64,000 bases of DNA, taken from positions 7,192,001 to 7,256,000 of the forward strand of contig OZ281501.1 of the NCBI GenBank assembly GCA_965637545.1, given 5' to 3'. This document shows positions 1 through 12,273 of the stretch, piece after piece. Origin of the DNA: Phallusia mammillata (taxonomy: Eukaryota). The notes below the pieces were generated by a model. The model had not been told where the DNA came from and did no database searches. It worked only from the letters and a program-made list of their open reading frames with translations. Positions within the stretch are counted from its first letter, which is position 1; each line of letters starts with the position of its first letter. The translations under genes and the position numbers were made by a program.

Positions 1-3000
1 AGGAAACATACACTGATACACAAAGCGTGGAAGCACGAACACAAACACCAGCAAAAGGGGCAACGTCCATGGAAACGCAAACGTATGAGAAAACTTATCA
101 GACGACTCAAACAGATGCACCGTCCAGAAGAGATGCCAAACTTACCCAAACGCAGTTTACTGCTACAAAGGTATCACAGACTTTAGAGAAAGCGAAAACC
201 GGGCGCGAAATAGATACACAGACCAGTTTTGGTGAGAACAAGGCTTCTGTATTTGCGGAAAAACCTTCTACACAAAAACGGCAACCGGAACAAAAATTTA
301 AATCGCCCGAAAAGAAATTGCAGACTGTCAAAGTTGTTGAGGTCACATCGACTGAACTTCCAAAATTTGTGACTGTTTCGGGTGAAACAGCAAAGAAACA
401 AGACAAAGGTCCTGAAGAAACCCGGGCGTTGACACATACTATGGAAGCTGCAGAAACCCAAACTCAAAAACAGGCGCTGCTAAGTGCGCAGATGATGCAA
501 GAGGAATTGAAACAACAGAAACAGACATCTGGACCGGAAAAGGTTTCTCAAATTCAAGTTACTGAGGTTACCAAAAAGAAGTCTTTCCGAAAAGACGGTA
601 GCAAGACTTTTGCTCTCCAGGAAACAATTGCTACACAAAAGGTGTGGAATCCAATTACACGAGAGTTTCAGGAGGTATCGGTCGAACAGAGCGAAATTTC
701 TAAAGCCCCACAAGGTGTCCATCCAACTGAAAATAAAGTTTCACGAAAGTCTCAGGAACGCAAAGAGGAACTGCAGCCTGATTCTGGTGCCATTCAGCCG
801 ATCGAAGTAGTTCGTGATGTGCCTTACAGAGCCGAGAACCTTGAAGTTGCCCATAAGCAACATTCTGTCAGCGTAAAGTCCGATGATCGGACGATAAAAG
901 TTACGGAAACGATAACGGATACTACGAAACGTGTGTGGAACCCTAAAACGCGACGCTTTGACGAAATTCGTACCATAGAGGTATTGAAAGATGACTCCAA
1001 AATCAACGAACCGCAATTGGAAAATATTAGTCAGAAGACGAAAATTGAAGAAAAACAAGTGACACCATCTGACCGCAAAGATGAAACAATTGTCACTGAA
1101 AAAATGCCTCCGGTAGTATTGCCGGCCAAACAACTCGAGATTCAAAAGACTAAACTTGCTTCAGACGAACAAATTGATACGGACCACACCAAAAAAGCTG
1201 TTACGGAAAAGAAAGAAGTTAAGAAGACCAAACGGGTTTGGAATGCTCGAACTCGGAGGTTTGACGAAGTTGTGATTGAAGAATCAACACACGTTGTGAC
1301 CGAACCTGAAGTTGTTGTCAAGAAAAAAGCTCCCAAGAAAGATGAAACTAAGGCTCCAACGATCACCACCGAACCTGTTATTGAAGCTCACAAACGCGTT
1401 TCGGAGTCAGACGAAAAGGAAAAGAAAACTACCCAGAAGCTGAAGGATATTTCTAAACTGCCTCAGCTTACAAAGGCCCTAGAAGAAGAAATTACACTTC
1501 AACCTAAGAAAGACACTCCAAAAACAGCAACACAAACAACGATTAAAGCTGTAACTGAAGATGTTGTAAAGCCAAGATCACGAGACGAAACTCCAGTTGC
1601 GGATGACAAACCTGTACAACCCATTGCGGACACACCAAAGGTTTTAATTAAAACCGATTTGCAGAAAGAACCGGTATCAATGCCTACTAAACCTGATAGC
1701 GATCAAAAACGTGTTATCAAGGAAGTGGTTGTAGCAAAAGGAAAATCAACTGAAGTGCAGAAAAAGAACAAGACGAAAATGCCGGAATTGACACAAGCAC
1801 TTGCCAAGGAAATAGAAACTACGAAAGCTGTTCAAAGCAAGACTACCAAAGAAAAATCGAAGGTAGTTGAAGATGCGATTCTGCCACAATCATACAAAAC
1901 AGTTGTGGAACCACAGGAGGTTCGATTAAACGTGGAACCAAAACCAGAAGTCCATGAACCTAAAACAAAGTCAGAAGCCAAGAAACCTGGAGCAAAACTA
2001 GAAGTCAAGACACCCGAGACAAAACCCGAAGCAAAGAAACCAAAAACAAAACCAGAAGTCCAGAAGACTGAAAGAAAACCAGAAGCCACGAAACCTAAAT
2101 CAAAACCAGAAGCTATCATTGAAGATGTTATAAAACCAAAAGAACAACCAAAGCAAGTCAAAAAACCAGATCTTGCAAAATTGCCCACACTTACCAAAGC
2201 TCTTGAAACAGAAATTGTAACCCCAGCGGTAACAAAATCAACCAAACATGCGAAAGAGTTACAAAAGAAGGTTGTACAAGAAGAGGAAGTTCAGGCAAGT
2301 AAACGTCAAACATCGACTGAGTCCACAGGGGAGCAGGTGTCTGATGTATCTTTGATACAACAGTCCAAGGTCGACAAAACCAGAGTTTTCTCAGAACATG
2401 ATGAGACCTTCTCTGAGCAATCGACTGTAGAGAAGAAAGAAGTGAAGAAAACAAAACGAATTTGGAACGCACGAACTCGTCGGTTTGACGAAGTAACAAT
2501 TGAAGAAACAAAGCAAATCACAGCCGAACCAAAGGTTGTTATGAAGAAAAATATAAAGAAAGATCAAACTAAGACTAAAGACATCTCATCGACTGTTGAA
2601 GAATCTGTCATCCAACCCAAGAAACATATCCCTGATTCACAACAAGCTAAAGATGTCCCGGCTAAAAAGCGAGACTTGTCTAAATTGCCCGATCTTTCAA
2701 AGGCACTTGAGCAAGAAATTACCACGGTGTCAAAAAGCAAAAGTCAAAAGCCGGACTTGGGTATAATCGAAGAGGTTGTACAACCTAAAACTCGCAAAGA
2801 TCTCGAAGTTTCAGAGAAAATGCCAAGCATGGAATTGGAGCAGAAAACACCCACTGTTCCAGATGTAGAAAAGGTCGTTAAGTCGAAATCGCATGATGTC
2901 AAAGACAAACCAGGGGTTGAAAATAAGAAACCACTGCTGGAGACAAAGTTGCAGGCCAAAGCTCCAGAACCAAAACCTGATGTGGTGGTTGAAGAGGTTG

Positions 3001-6000
3001 TTACACCAAAAGGAAAAACAGTAAAGGCGATTAAAACGGATGAAGCAAAAATGCCGGAACCTACTAAAGCTCTTGCTGCGGAAATAAAACCTATGAAATC
3101 CGTTACCAAATCTAAAACTAAGGTTGTTGCTAAGACCAAGGTTGCTGAGCAAGAGATCAAACCAACATCCACGAAAACAGTTGTGGAAATACGGGACACT
3201 GAAGTGACGAACCAAACGGAAACTAAATTCAAAGCTAAAGCGGAAACCAAGAAACCTACGACGGCTGTTGAAGACGAAATCAAACCTAAAATGCAGGTTA
3301 AACGCGGAAAGCAACCAGATACAACCAAGCTACCCGACCTTGCCAAAGCCTTAGAAACACAGATGAAAATTGTGCCAAAATCCAAACCAGTAACAAAAGT
3401 TGAGAAAAAAGTGGTACAAGAGGAGGTGATACAGTCTAAACAGAGACTTGTGGCTGAATCGGATAAGGACATCGAACCTATACCAACATCGGCTGTGGAA
3501 AGTGTGCAAGAAGTTACACATCCGACGAAGGTTGATACGACCAGAGTAACAGTTGAACAGACTGATGTAACATCATCCGAAAAGACTGCAACGGTAATTA
3601 GTATTCAACAAATTACTGAAGTCTCAAAGAAAACTAGAAGAGTCTGGAACCCCAAAACTCGACAGTTTGACGAGATTGTTATTGAAGAGGCAAAGGAGCT
3701 GGTGAAAAAGCCCCAAGAGCCGACGAAAAAGACTTTAACCAAGAAAAAATCTAAGGAATTGGTACAACAAACTGCTACTGAAACAGTTGAAGTAGAATCG
3801 TCTGTAAAATCATCTTTCTATGTCCAAAAAGAAATAAGTGAGACCACAAAACCCAAAGTTGAAAAGAAAGCTCCAACACCAACGGTGACACAGAAAGAAC
3901 AACCGACTGATGACAAAAAACCGGTTGTACAAACACAAGACGAAGTTAAAGACACAAAACAAAAAGAAAAGACACCTGCAAAAGAAACCGCGCAAACTGA
4001 AGTAACTCAAGAGACGAGAAATACTAAGCTGGTATGGAATCCCAAAACTCGAAAGTTAGACGAAGTGGTTACAGAGGAATCTATTCGAAAAACGAAACAG
4101 CCAACAATAGAAACTCACGAACAACCAAAGCCTCAAGGCGAAGAAGTCAAACGAAAAACTGACGTCTCAGAAGAAATTCCTGCAGTCGACAAGCCAACTG
4201 TAACTGATACGTTGGTTTCCTCGACACCTGGTGAAACTAAAGTAAAATTGACAAAAGAGGTTTCAGAAAGTTTTGAAACCACTACGATAGTAGATGGTGT
4301 TGTAAAAACGGAGGGTGCTGAAAAGAAAACGAAAATGGTTTGGAACCCCAAAACACGGCAATTTGATGTAAGCACCGTTGAAACTACGCTTGAAGAAACA
4401 CCGATGGTTTCTCCAAAGAAAAAAGTCTCTGAAGTATCCAAGCACGCTGAGGTCGTGACTTTGAAACCCATGCAATCTTCCAAGGAGCTTCGAGAAGTTT
4501 CCATTGACCAAAAGCTACAAGAAAGAAGGGAAAGCGTAAAGGACGCCACGCTGTTTGCACAGAAGTTACCTCGGGAGTTGCAAAAGTCAGTTAAAATGAC
4601 TGAAATAACGGAAACTAAGAAAACGAAAAGGACATGGAATCCGAAAACTAAAAAATTCGACGAAATCGTAATTGAAGAATCTACTCATACCACAAAGCAA
4701 CCGGCTGATAAACGCCAGCCTGCTTTATTGAAAACTGAAGACTCTAAAACGCCACCGGCCCAACCACTAGCCCCCGAAATTGGAGCGCAACCAGCTATCA
4801 AACAAACTACGAAACAGTCAGTTATAGACAAACCTGAAGAACAGGTTCAACCGTCTCATTTGCAAACAGACGGTGTTGTCGAGGATACTGTTGCAATGAC
4901 CGGGCATACGGCAAAAGCAGCCAAAAAGGATAAGACGAAAATGCCGGAACTTACCAAAGCACTTGCTGCTGAAATGCAACCAACAAAGAGTGTTGCTACA
5001 CCGAAAACATCCAAGAAAAAGGCTAAAGCGGTCGACGAGGATGTTATTAAACCTGAAAGGCAAAAGATAACTGTTGAACCACAAGATTTGTCATCGCTCG
5101 ACAAACCAATGCAGCAAACTTTAACAGTGGTGGATGAATCTAAAAAATCTAAAACCACAACGCGAAAGTCGAAAATGGTTCGGAAATTTGATGAAATCGA
5201 AACCGAAATTGAGATAAAGCTAGAAGTTTCTCCATTGGACAAAGATACAAAGGAGAAACCGAAAGCTGTTACCGAAGTTTCTATCCAAGAAATCAAGATG
5301 ACTTCCAGCAAAGACCAGCAGGATGTCACTGATGGTATCAAACCTCTAGAACTGGAAGTTTCGCCAGTTTTGCCACTGACGAAAGTCGAAGCAAAAGAGC
5401 CTAAAAAAACTGTAAAATCAAAAACAACTTTTCAACAAGAGACAAATGAATCATTTGAAACGACGAGCGTGGTTGATGGTGTTACAAAGACTGAGTCGAC
5501 TGAAAAGAAAGCGAAAATGGTTTGGAATCCAAAAACTCGCAAATTCGATGAGATGGTGTCCGAAACGAAAATTTCCTCAAAGGTGCCGAGTAAGAAAAAG
5601 ATACCGATGGAAGAACCTACTCAAATCTCAGGACAACCTACTGTTTCTAAAGCTTCTGTAACTAGAGAACAACCAGTTCCAGAAAAACCTAAAGAAACAC
5701 CGGGAAAGAATGTCGAAGTTCAGACACAAGAAAAAGGAAAAGCTCTTTTGCACACAGATGGTGTTGTTGAAGAAGTTGTTGAAATAACCGGGCAAACACT
5801 TAAAGCACCCAAAAAGGATACGGCTAAAATACCGGAACTCTCCAAAGCACTTGCTGCAGAAATGCAACCAACACAGGCTCTTGCTAAACCAAAAACACCA
5901 AAGAAAAAAGGCAAGGCGGTGACTGAGGATGAAATTAAACCTGAAACACAAATAAATACCAGTGAACTACAAGCTCTTTCCTCGCTCGATAAACAACCTC

Positions 6001-9000
6001 AACCAATTGAAACAGTTGTGGCTGAATCTAAAAAGTCTGAAACTACAACGCGAAAGTCGAAAATGGTTTGGAACCCCACAACTCGGAAATTTGATGAAAT
6101 CGAAACCGAAATTGAGACAAAGCAAGAAGTGCTCCCAGTGGAGAAAACCAAGAAAGAGAAACCAAAAGCTGCTGATGTGATACCCGTTGATAATACTGAA
6201 CATCAAAAAGCTATAACCGAAGTTTCAATCCAAGAAACCGACATTACGGTCAGCGAAAAGCAGCAGCAAGTTGCTGACGTTATTAAACCTCTTAAACAGG
6301 AAGTTTTACCAGCTTTGCCACAGACGAAAATCAAATTTAAGGTTCCCGAAAAATCTGTTGAGTCAAAAACAACCATTCAACAGGAGACAAAGGAAACATT
6401 TGAAACGACGAGCGTTGTTGATGGTGTTACAAAGACTGAGTCGATTGAAATGAAAGCGAAAATGGTATGGAATCCAAAAACTCGCAAATTCGAGGAGGTG
6501 GTGTCAGAAACGAAAGTTACTTCAAAGGTTCCGAGCAAGGAAAAGGTCGTGATGGAAGAACCTACTCACCCCACTACACAACCGACAGTTAAACCTCAGC
6601 AGGCTTCTTTGAAATCCGAAAAGGCTGAAACGCCGACGACTCAGTCTAAAATTTCCGGTACCGCAGACCAGTCAACTGTGAAGAAAACTACAGAAGAACC
6701 AGTTCCAGAAAAAACGAAAACAATGCCGGAAAAGAAGATCAAAGTTCCACCACAAGATAAGGTTAAAGCTACACATTTGCACACAGACGGTGTTGTCGAG
6801 GAGGTTGTTAAAATGACGGGACAAACGGTTAAAGTACCACAAAAGGATCAGACTAAAATGCCGGAACTCTCCAAAGCACTTGCTGCAGAAATGCAACTAA
6901 CAAAGGCTCTTGCTAAACCAAAAACACCCAAGAAAAAAGCCAAAGCGGTTACTGAGGATGAAATTAAACCTGAAACACAACTAAAGACTGTTGAACCACC
7001 AGATTTTTCATCACTCGACAAACCACCTCAACCTCCGACACCAGCATTGCCACCAACGCAATTAGAAGTAAAGAAACCTGAAAAAAATGTAAAGTCAAAA
7101 ACTACTTTTCAACAAGAGACAAAGGAAACATTTGAAACGACCAGCGTTGTTGATGGCGTTACAAAGACTGAGTCGATTGAAAAGAAAGCGAAAATGGTTT
7201 GGAATCCAAAAACTCGCAAATTCGATGAGGTGGTGTCCGAAACGAAAATTTCCTCTAAGGTGCCGAGCAAGGAAAAGGTCGTGATGGAAGAACCTACTCA
7301 CCCCACTACACAACCGACAGTTAAACCTCAGCAGGGTTCTCTGAAATCCGAAGAAACTGAAACATCGGTTAAGTCTAAAGCTCCTGTTACTGAAGAACAG
7401 GAAACTGTGCAACAAACTAGAGAACCACAAGTTCCAGAAAAATCTAAAGCCATGCCGGAAAAGAAGATTGAAGTTCAAGGACAAGAAAAGGTTAAAGCTG
7501 CTCCTTTGCTTACAGACGGGGTTGCTGAGGAGATTATTGAAATGGCCGGGCAAACAGTGAAAGCACCCAAGCAGGACAAAACCAAAATGCCGGAACTCTC
7601 CAAAGCACTTGCTGCCGAAATGCAACTAACAAAGGCTCTTGCTAAACCAAAAACACCAAAGAAAAAAGCCAAAGCGGTGACTGGGGATGAAATTAAACCT
7701 GAAACAGAACTGAGGACTGTTGAACCACAAGATCTTTCATCACTCGACAAACCAGCTCAACCTCCTATACCAGCTTTGCCACCAACGCAATTAGAAGTAA
7801 AGAAACCTGAAAAAAATGTAAAGTCAAAAACAACTTTTCAACAAGAGACAAAGGAAACACTGGAAACGACGAGCGTTATTGATGGCGTTACAAAGACTGA
7901 GTCGATTGAAAAGAAAGCGAAAATGATCTGGAATCCAAAAACTCGCAAATTCGATGAGGTGGTGTCCGAGACGAAAATTTCCTCCAAGGTGCCGAGCAAG
8001 GATAAGGTCGTGATGGAAGAACCTACTCACCCCACTACACAACCGACAGTAAAACCTCAACAGGCTTCTCTAAAATCCGAAGAAGCTGAAACATCGGTTA
8101 AGTCTAAAGCTCCTGTTACTGAAGAACAGGCAACTGTGCAACAAACTAGAGAACCACAAGTTCCAGAAAAATCTAAAGCCATGCCGGAAAAGAAGATTGA
8201 AGTTCAACCACAAGACAAAATTAAAGCTGCTCCTTTACATACAGACGGGGTTGCTGAGCACATTATTGAAATAACCGGGCAAACAGTGAAAGCACCCAAA
8301 CAGGACAAAACTAAAATGCCAGAACTCACCAAAGCACCTGCTGCAGAAATGCAACCAACAAAGACTGTTGCTAAACCAAAAACGCCAAAGAAAAAAGTCA
8401 AAGCAGTGACTGAGGATGAAATTAAACCTGAAACGCAATTAAAGATCGTTGAACCACAAGATCTTTCAGCGTTAGAGAAACAACCTCAACCTCCTACACC
8501 AGCTTTGTCACCAACACAATTAGAAGTAAAGAAACCTAAAAAAACTGTAAAGTCAAAAACAATTTTTCAACAAGAGACCGAGGAAACATTTGAAACGACG
8601 AGCGTTGTTGATGGTGTTACAAAGACTGAGACGATTGAAAAGAAAGCGAAAATGGTATGGAATCCAAAAACTCGCAAATTCGATGAGGTGGTGTCAGAAA
8701 CGAAAGTTACTTCAAAGACACCAAGTAAGGAAAAGGTCGTGATGGAAGAACCTACTCACCCCACTACACAACCGACAGTTAAACCTCAGCAGGGTTCTCT
8801 GAAATCCTTAGAAGCTGAAACATCAATTAAATCTAAAGCTCATGTTACTGAAGAACAGGCAACTGTGCAACAAACTAGAGAACCACAAGTTCCAGAAAAA
8901 TCAAAGGCAATGCCGGGAAAGAAGATCGAAGTTCAAGGACAAGAAAAGGTTAAAGCTGCTCCTTTGCATACAGACGGGTTTGCTGAGGAGATTATTAAAA

Positions 9001-12000
9001 TAACCGGGCAAACAGTGAAAGCACCCAAACAGGACAAAACCAAAATGCCGGAACTCACCAAAGCACTTGCTGCAGAAATGCAACCAACAAAAGCTGTTGC
9101 TAAACCAAAATCACCGAAGAAAAAAGCCAAAGCGGTGACTGAGGATGAAATTAAACCTGAAACACAACTAAAGACTGTTGAACCACAAGATCTTTCATCA
9201 CTCGATGAACCACCTCAACCACTTGAAACAATTGTGACTGAATCTAAAAAATCTGAAACCACAACGCGAAAGTCGAAAATGGTTTGGAACCCCAAAACTC
9301 GGAAGTTTGATGAAATCGAAACCGAAATTGAGACAAAGCAAGAAGTGCTTCCAATGGAGAAAGCCAAGAAAGAGAAACCTAAAGATGCTGACGTGATAAC
9401 CGGTCATGATGCTGAACGTCAAACAGTTGAGACCGACGTTTCCACCCAGAAAACCGAGATGACCCCTGTCAAAAAGCATCATGATCTTGTTGATGTTGAT
9501 AAACCTACAAAACTGAAAGTTCCGACCGATTCAATAGAGGCGCAAGTCGCAGTAAAGTCCCCTGAAAAATCTGGTGAAACAAAAACAACCATTCAACGTA
9601 CGACGAAGGAAACCATTGAAACTACCAGCGTTGTTGATGGTATTATGAAATCTGAGTCGACTGAAAAGAAAGCGAAAATGGTTTGGAATCCTAAAACTCG
9701 CCAGTTCGATGAGGTGGTGTCAGAAACGAAAGTTACTTCAAAGACACCAAGTAAGGAAAAGGAGAAAACTCATCCGTTGGAATACAAATACGCTAAAGTT
9801 ATTCCACTTGAAAATGTCGAAGAACCGAAAAACATTCCAGAAGTTTCTATGGAGCAACAGCTCCGCGAACGAAGGGAGAGTGTAAAGGATTCATCACTGC
9901 TGACAACCAAACCAAGACGTGAATTTAAAACAACCACTAAAGTGACTGAGATCAGAGAAACGAAGAAAACCAAAAGGGTTTGGAATCCAAAAACTGGCAA
10001 ATTTGACGAAATCATTATCGAAGAAACGTCTGAAGTGTCTGAACAACCCCTCGTTGAGGCAGCCAAAGTTACTCCTGAGAAAGAATTAAAAGATATGTCT
10101 GACGACAGGAAATCAAAAAAGACATCTTCCAAACCTGACATAACGTTTGACGAACAAACAACCCAAAGTATTGAAACCACTACCACTACCGTTGCTGATA
10201 GGGACGAAGAAATGAAAGACATTCGATCTGTCTCTGAGCCGATCGTGACCTTCATGGATGATGAAAAAGCAGATAAACCAAAAAGCAAAACTGCACTCGA
10301 AACTAAAGGAACAGATATCGCTGTTTCTAGGCCATCTACAAAGTCAAATGTAACGTTTAAACAAGAAACTGCTGAGAATGTAATAACAACGACGGTAGTT
10401 GACGGTGTTGTGAAATCTAAAGAAACAGAAACAACAGCAAAAATGGTCTGGAATCCTAAAACTCGTCAATTTGATGAAACCGTTTCCAAAACTGAGGTCA
10501 CTTTAAAACCAAAGGAAAAACTACCAAAATCGGAATCCAAACACGCCAAAGTTGTTCCTGTAGATAAATTGAAATCAACGAAAAAAATTACTGATATTCC
10601 GATTGATCAGAAGCTAAGTGAAAGACGAGAGGGTATCAAAGACGCAAATCTAATTGAAACGAAACCAGGAAGAAAAGTCGATAAACAACCTAGTAAGCTT
10701 GCTATGAAAACCACACCTGTTAATGTTGAGGAGAAAAAGCAAACAACATTTGTAGCTGAAACCAGTAAAGTTATGGAAGATACCTCGGTGACTAAGACTT
10801 CAACTGAAACGAAGACAAAACTTGACGAAAAGATAACCAAAATGCCCAGTTCTGATGTGACAAAGCCAAAAGTTTCAATGCAGTCTGAAACTATTGAAAC
10901 AACGAGCGTTGCTACAGTGATAGATGGTGTTTCGAAAACTCAGGAATCAGCATCGAAAACAAAACTGGTGTGGAATTCCAAAACACGAAAGTTCGATGAG
11001 ACTGTTGTCAAAGAAGAAAAGGAGTCAAAGTCACAAGTTTCACATACAAAGTCATTGGAACCTGAACCCCAGAAACTTAAGCCAGGATTTTTGGATGAAA
11101 CGACAAAACCTGCTCAATCTGCCAAGGCAAAGATTTCGGAGGAAGAAATTGCATTAACACAACGAGCATTGACCCAAGATTCTGAACCAATTTTTGTCAA
11201 ACAAAAACCTACCGAGCGAAAAGGTGACAAACCATTCAAACCCTCCGAAGAAAAACCAACACTCGAAGAACCAAGCAAAGACAAGACTAGGTCTTCGAGT
11301 AAAGTGGCAAAGCCTGAAACATCAAAACCACAAACACTGGTCACTGAAACGCAACACACTAAAAGCAAGTTTGTATGGAATCCGAAAACCCGAAAATTCG
11401 ATGAAGTCGTCCTGGAAGAGTCAACAGACCACGTTACTACTCGACTTGATAAAACTCCGTTAAAATCGGAAACCGAGCTTTTGGAACCACTGTTCGATTC
11501 TAAAGTGCAACAAATGCCAAAACTGGATGATACTGAACTTCAACAAAAGACATCTAAAACGAAGGCAAAACCAGATATTGCAGAGAAAAAAGGAAAAGAA
11601 TTTTCCAAACCACAAACTTTACCAGAGCCTGTGGACGTACGAGTTGAATCAGTTCGTAATGTTCCGATTACAGTGGAAAGGGTAGCAAAAGACGAAAGCA
11701 CTAGCTTTTCGTTTGGACGCTCCAGCGAGACCACTCGAGTAACTGAGTCTTACGGCGACGGAGTACAGAAAGTACAAACTAGCAAGACAAGCAAACGAGT
11801 CTGGAACTCACAAACTGGTAAATTCGACGAGGTGGAGAGCGAGACAAGGTTTGAGAGTTCTGGTTCCCACAAACAACAGGATGAGCGATCACAGGCTTTT
11901 AAAATTACCATGGAAGAAGACGAGGCGTATAAAATTCGTTCTAAAAGCTCAAAGGCACCTCTTAAGATTGTTACCCAGCCACCACTATTCATAACATACA

Positions 12001-12273
12001 TTCAGAATCAGGAGGTTGATGAAGGATCACCTGCAGTGTTTGGGTGCAAGATAAGCGGTGATCCTCAACCTACCCTTGAGTGGTTTGTTGACGGAGTACA
12101 GATTGAGCCACCTTGTGAGGGATTCACCTTAATTTCCGATGACGATTCGAATGTGTATAACTTGGTCATAGAAAATCCGACCTACACGAAACACAACAAA
12201 GTGATTGTTCGATGTAGAATTGTCAACAAACTCGGTTCAGCTGAGTGCAGCGCCCGTTTAAACATCAAAAAGA
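1..12273 (+). CDS. TTN: Giant (>12.2 kb) exon: about 3,980 aa K/E/T/V/P-rich repetitive elastic region followed by one Ig domain (about 11965-12270)
   Basis: Frame is open from nt 3 (the ORF track start at 27 is only a GTG). Donor A|GTGAGT at 12274 is phase 1 and matches acceptor TAG 12411. The C-terminal PPLFITYIQNQEV...W...C.IVNKLGSAECSARLNI is an I-set Ig. Confidence 0.9.

Noticed and set aside
27-29. ORF-track start codons (27, 16070, 17171, 43137, 49024 etc.)
   Set aside because: These are GTG/TTG or internal codons of spliced exons; the frames extend upstream to splice acceptors or to the window edge.
645-11835. Regularly recurring ~30-nt DNA motif (tggaatccaaaaactcg...) resembling a CRISPR-like array
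   Set aside because: The context is eukaryotic coding sequence; copies vary at synonymous sites and are spaced by hundreds of coding bases, so this is a protein motif.
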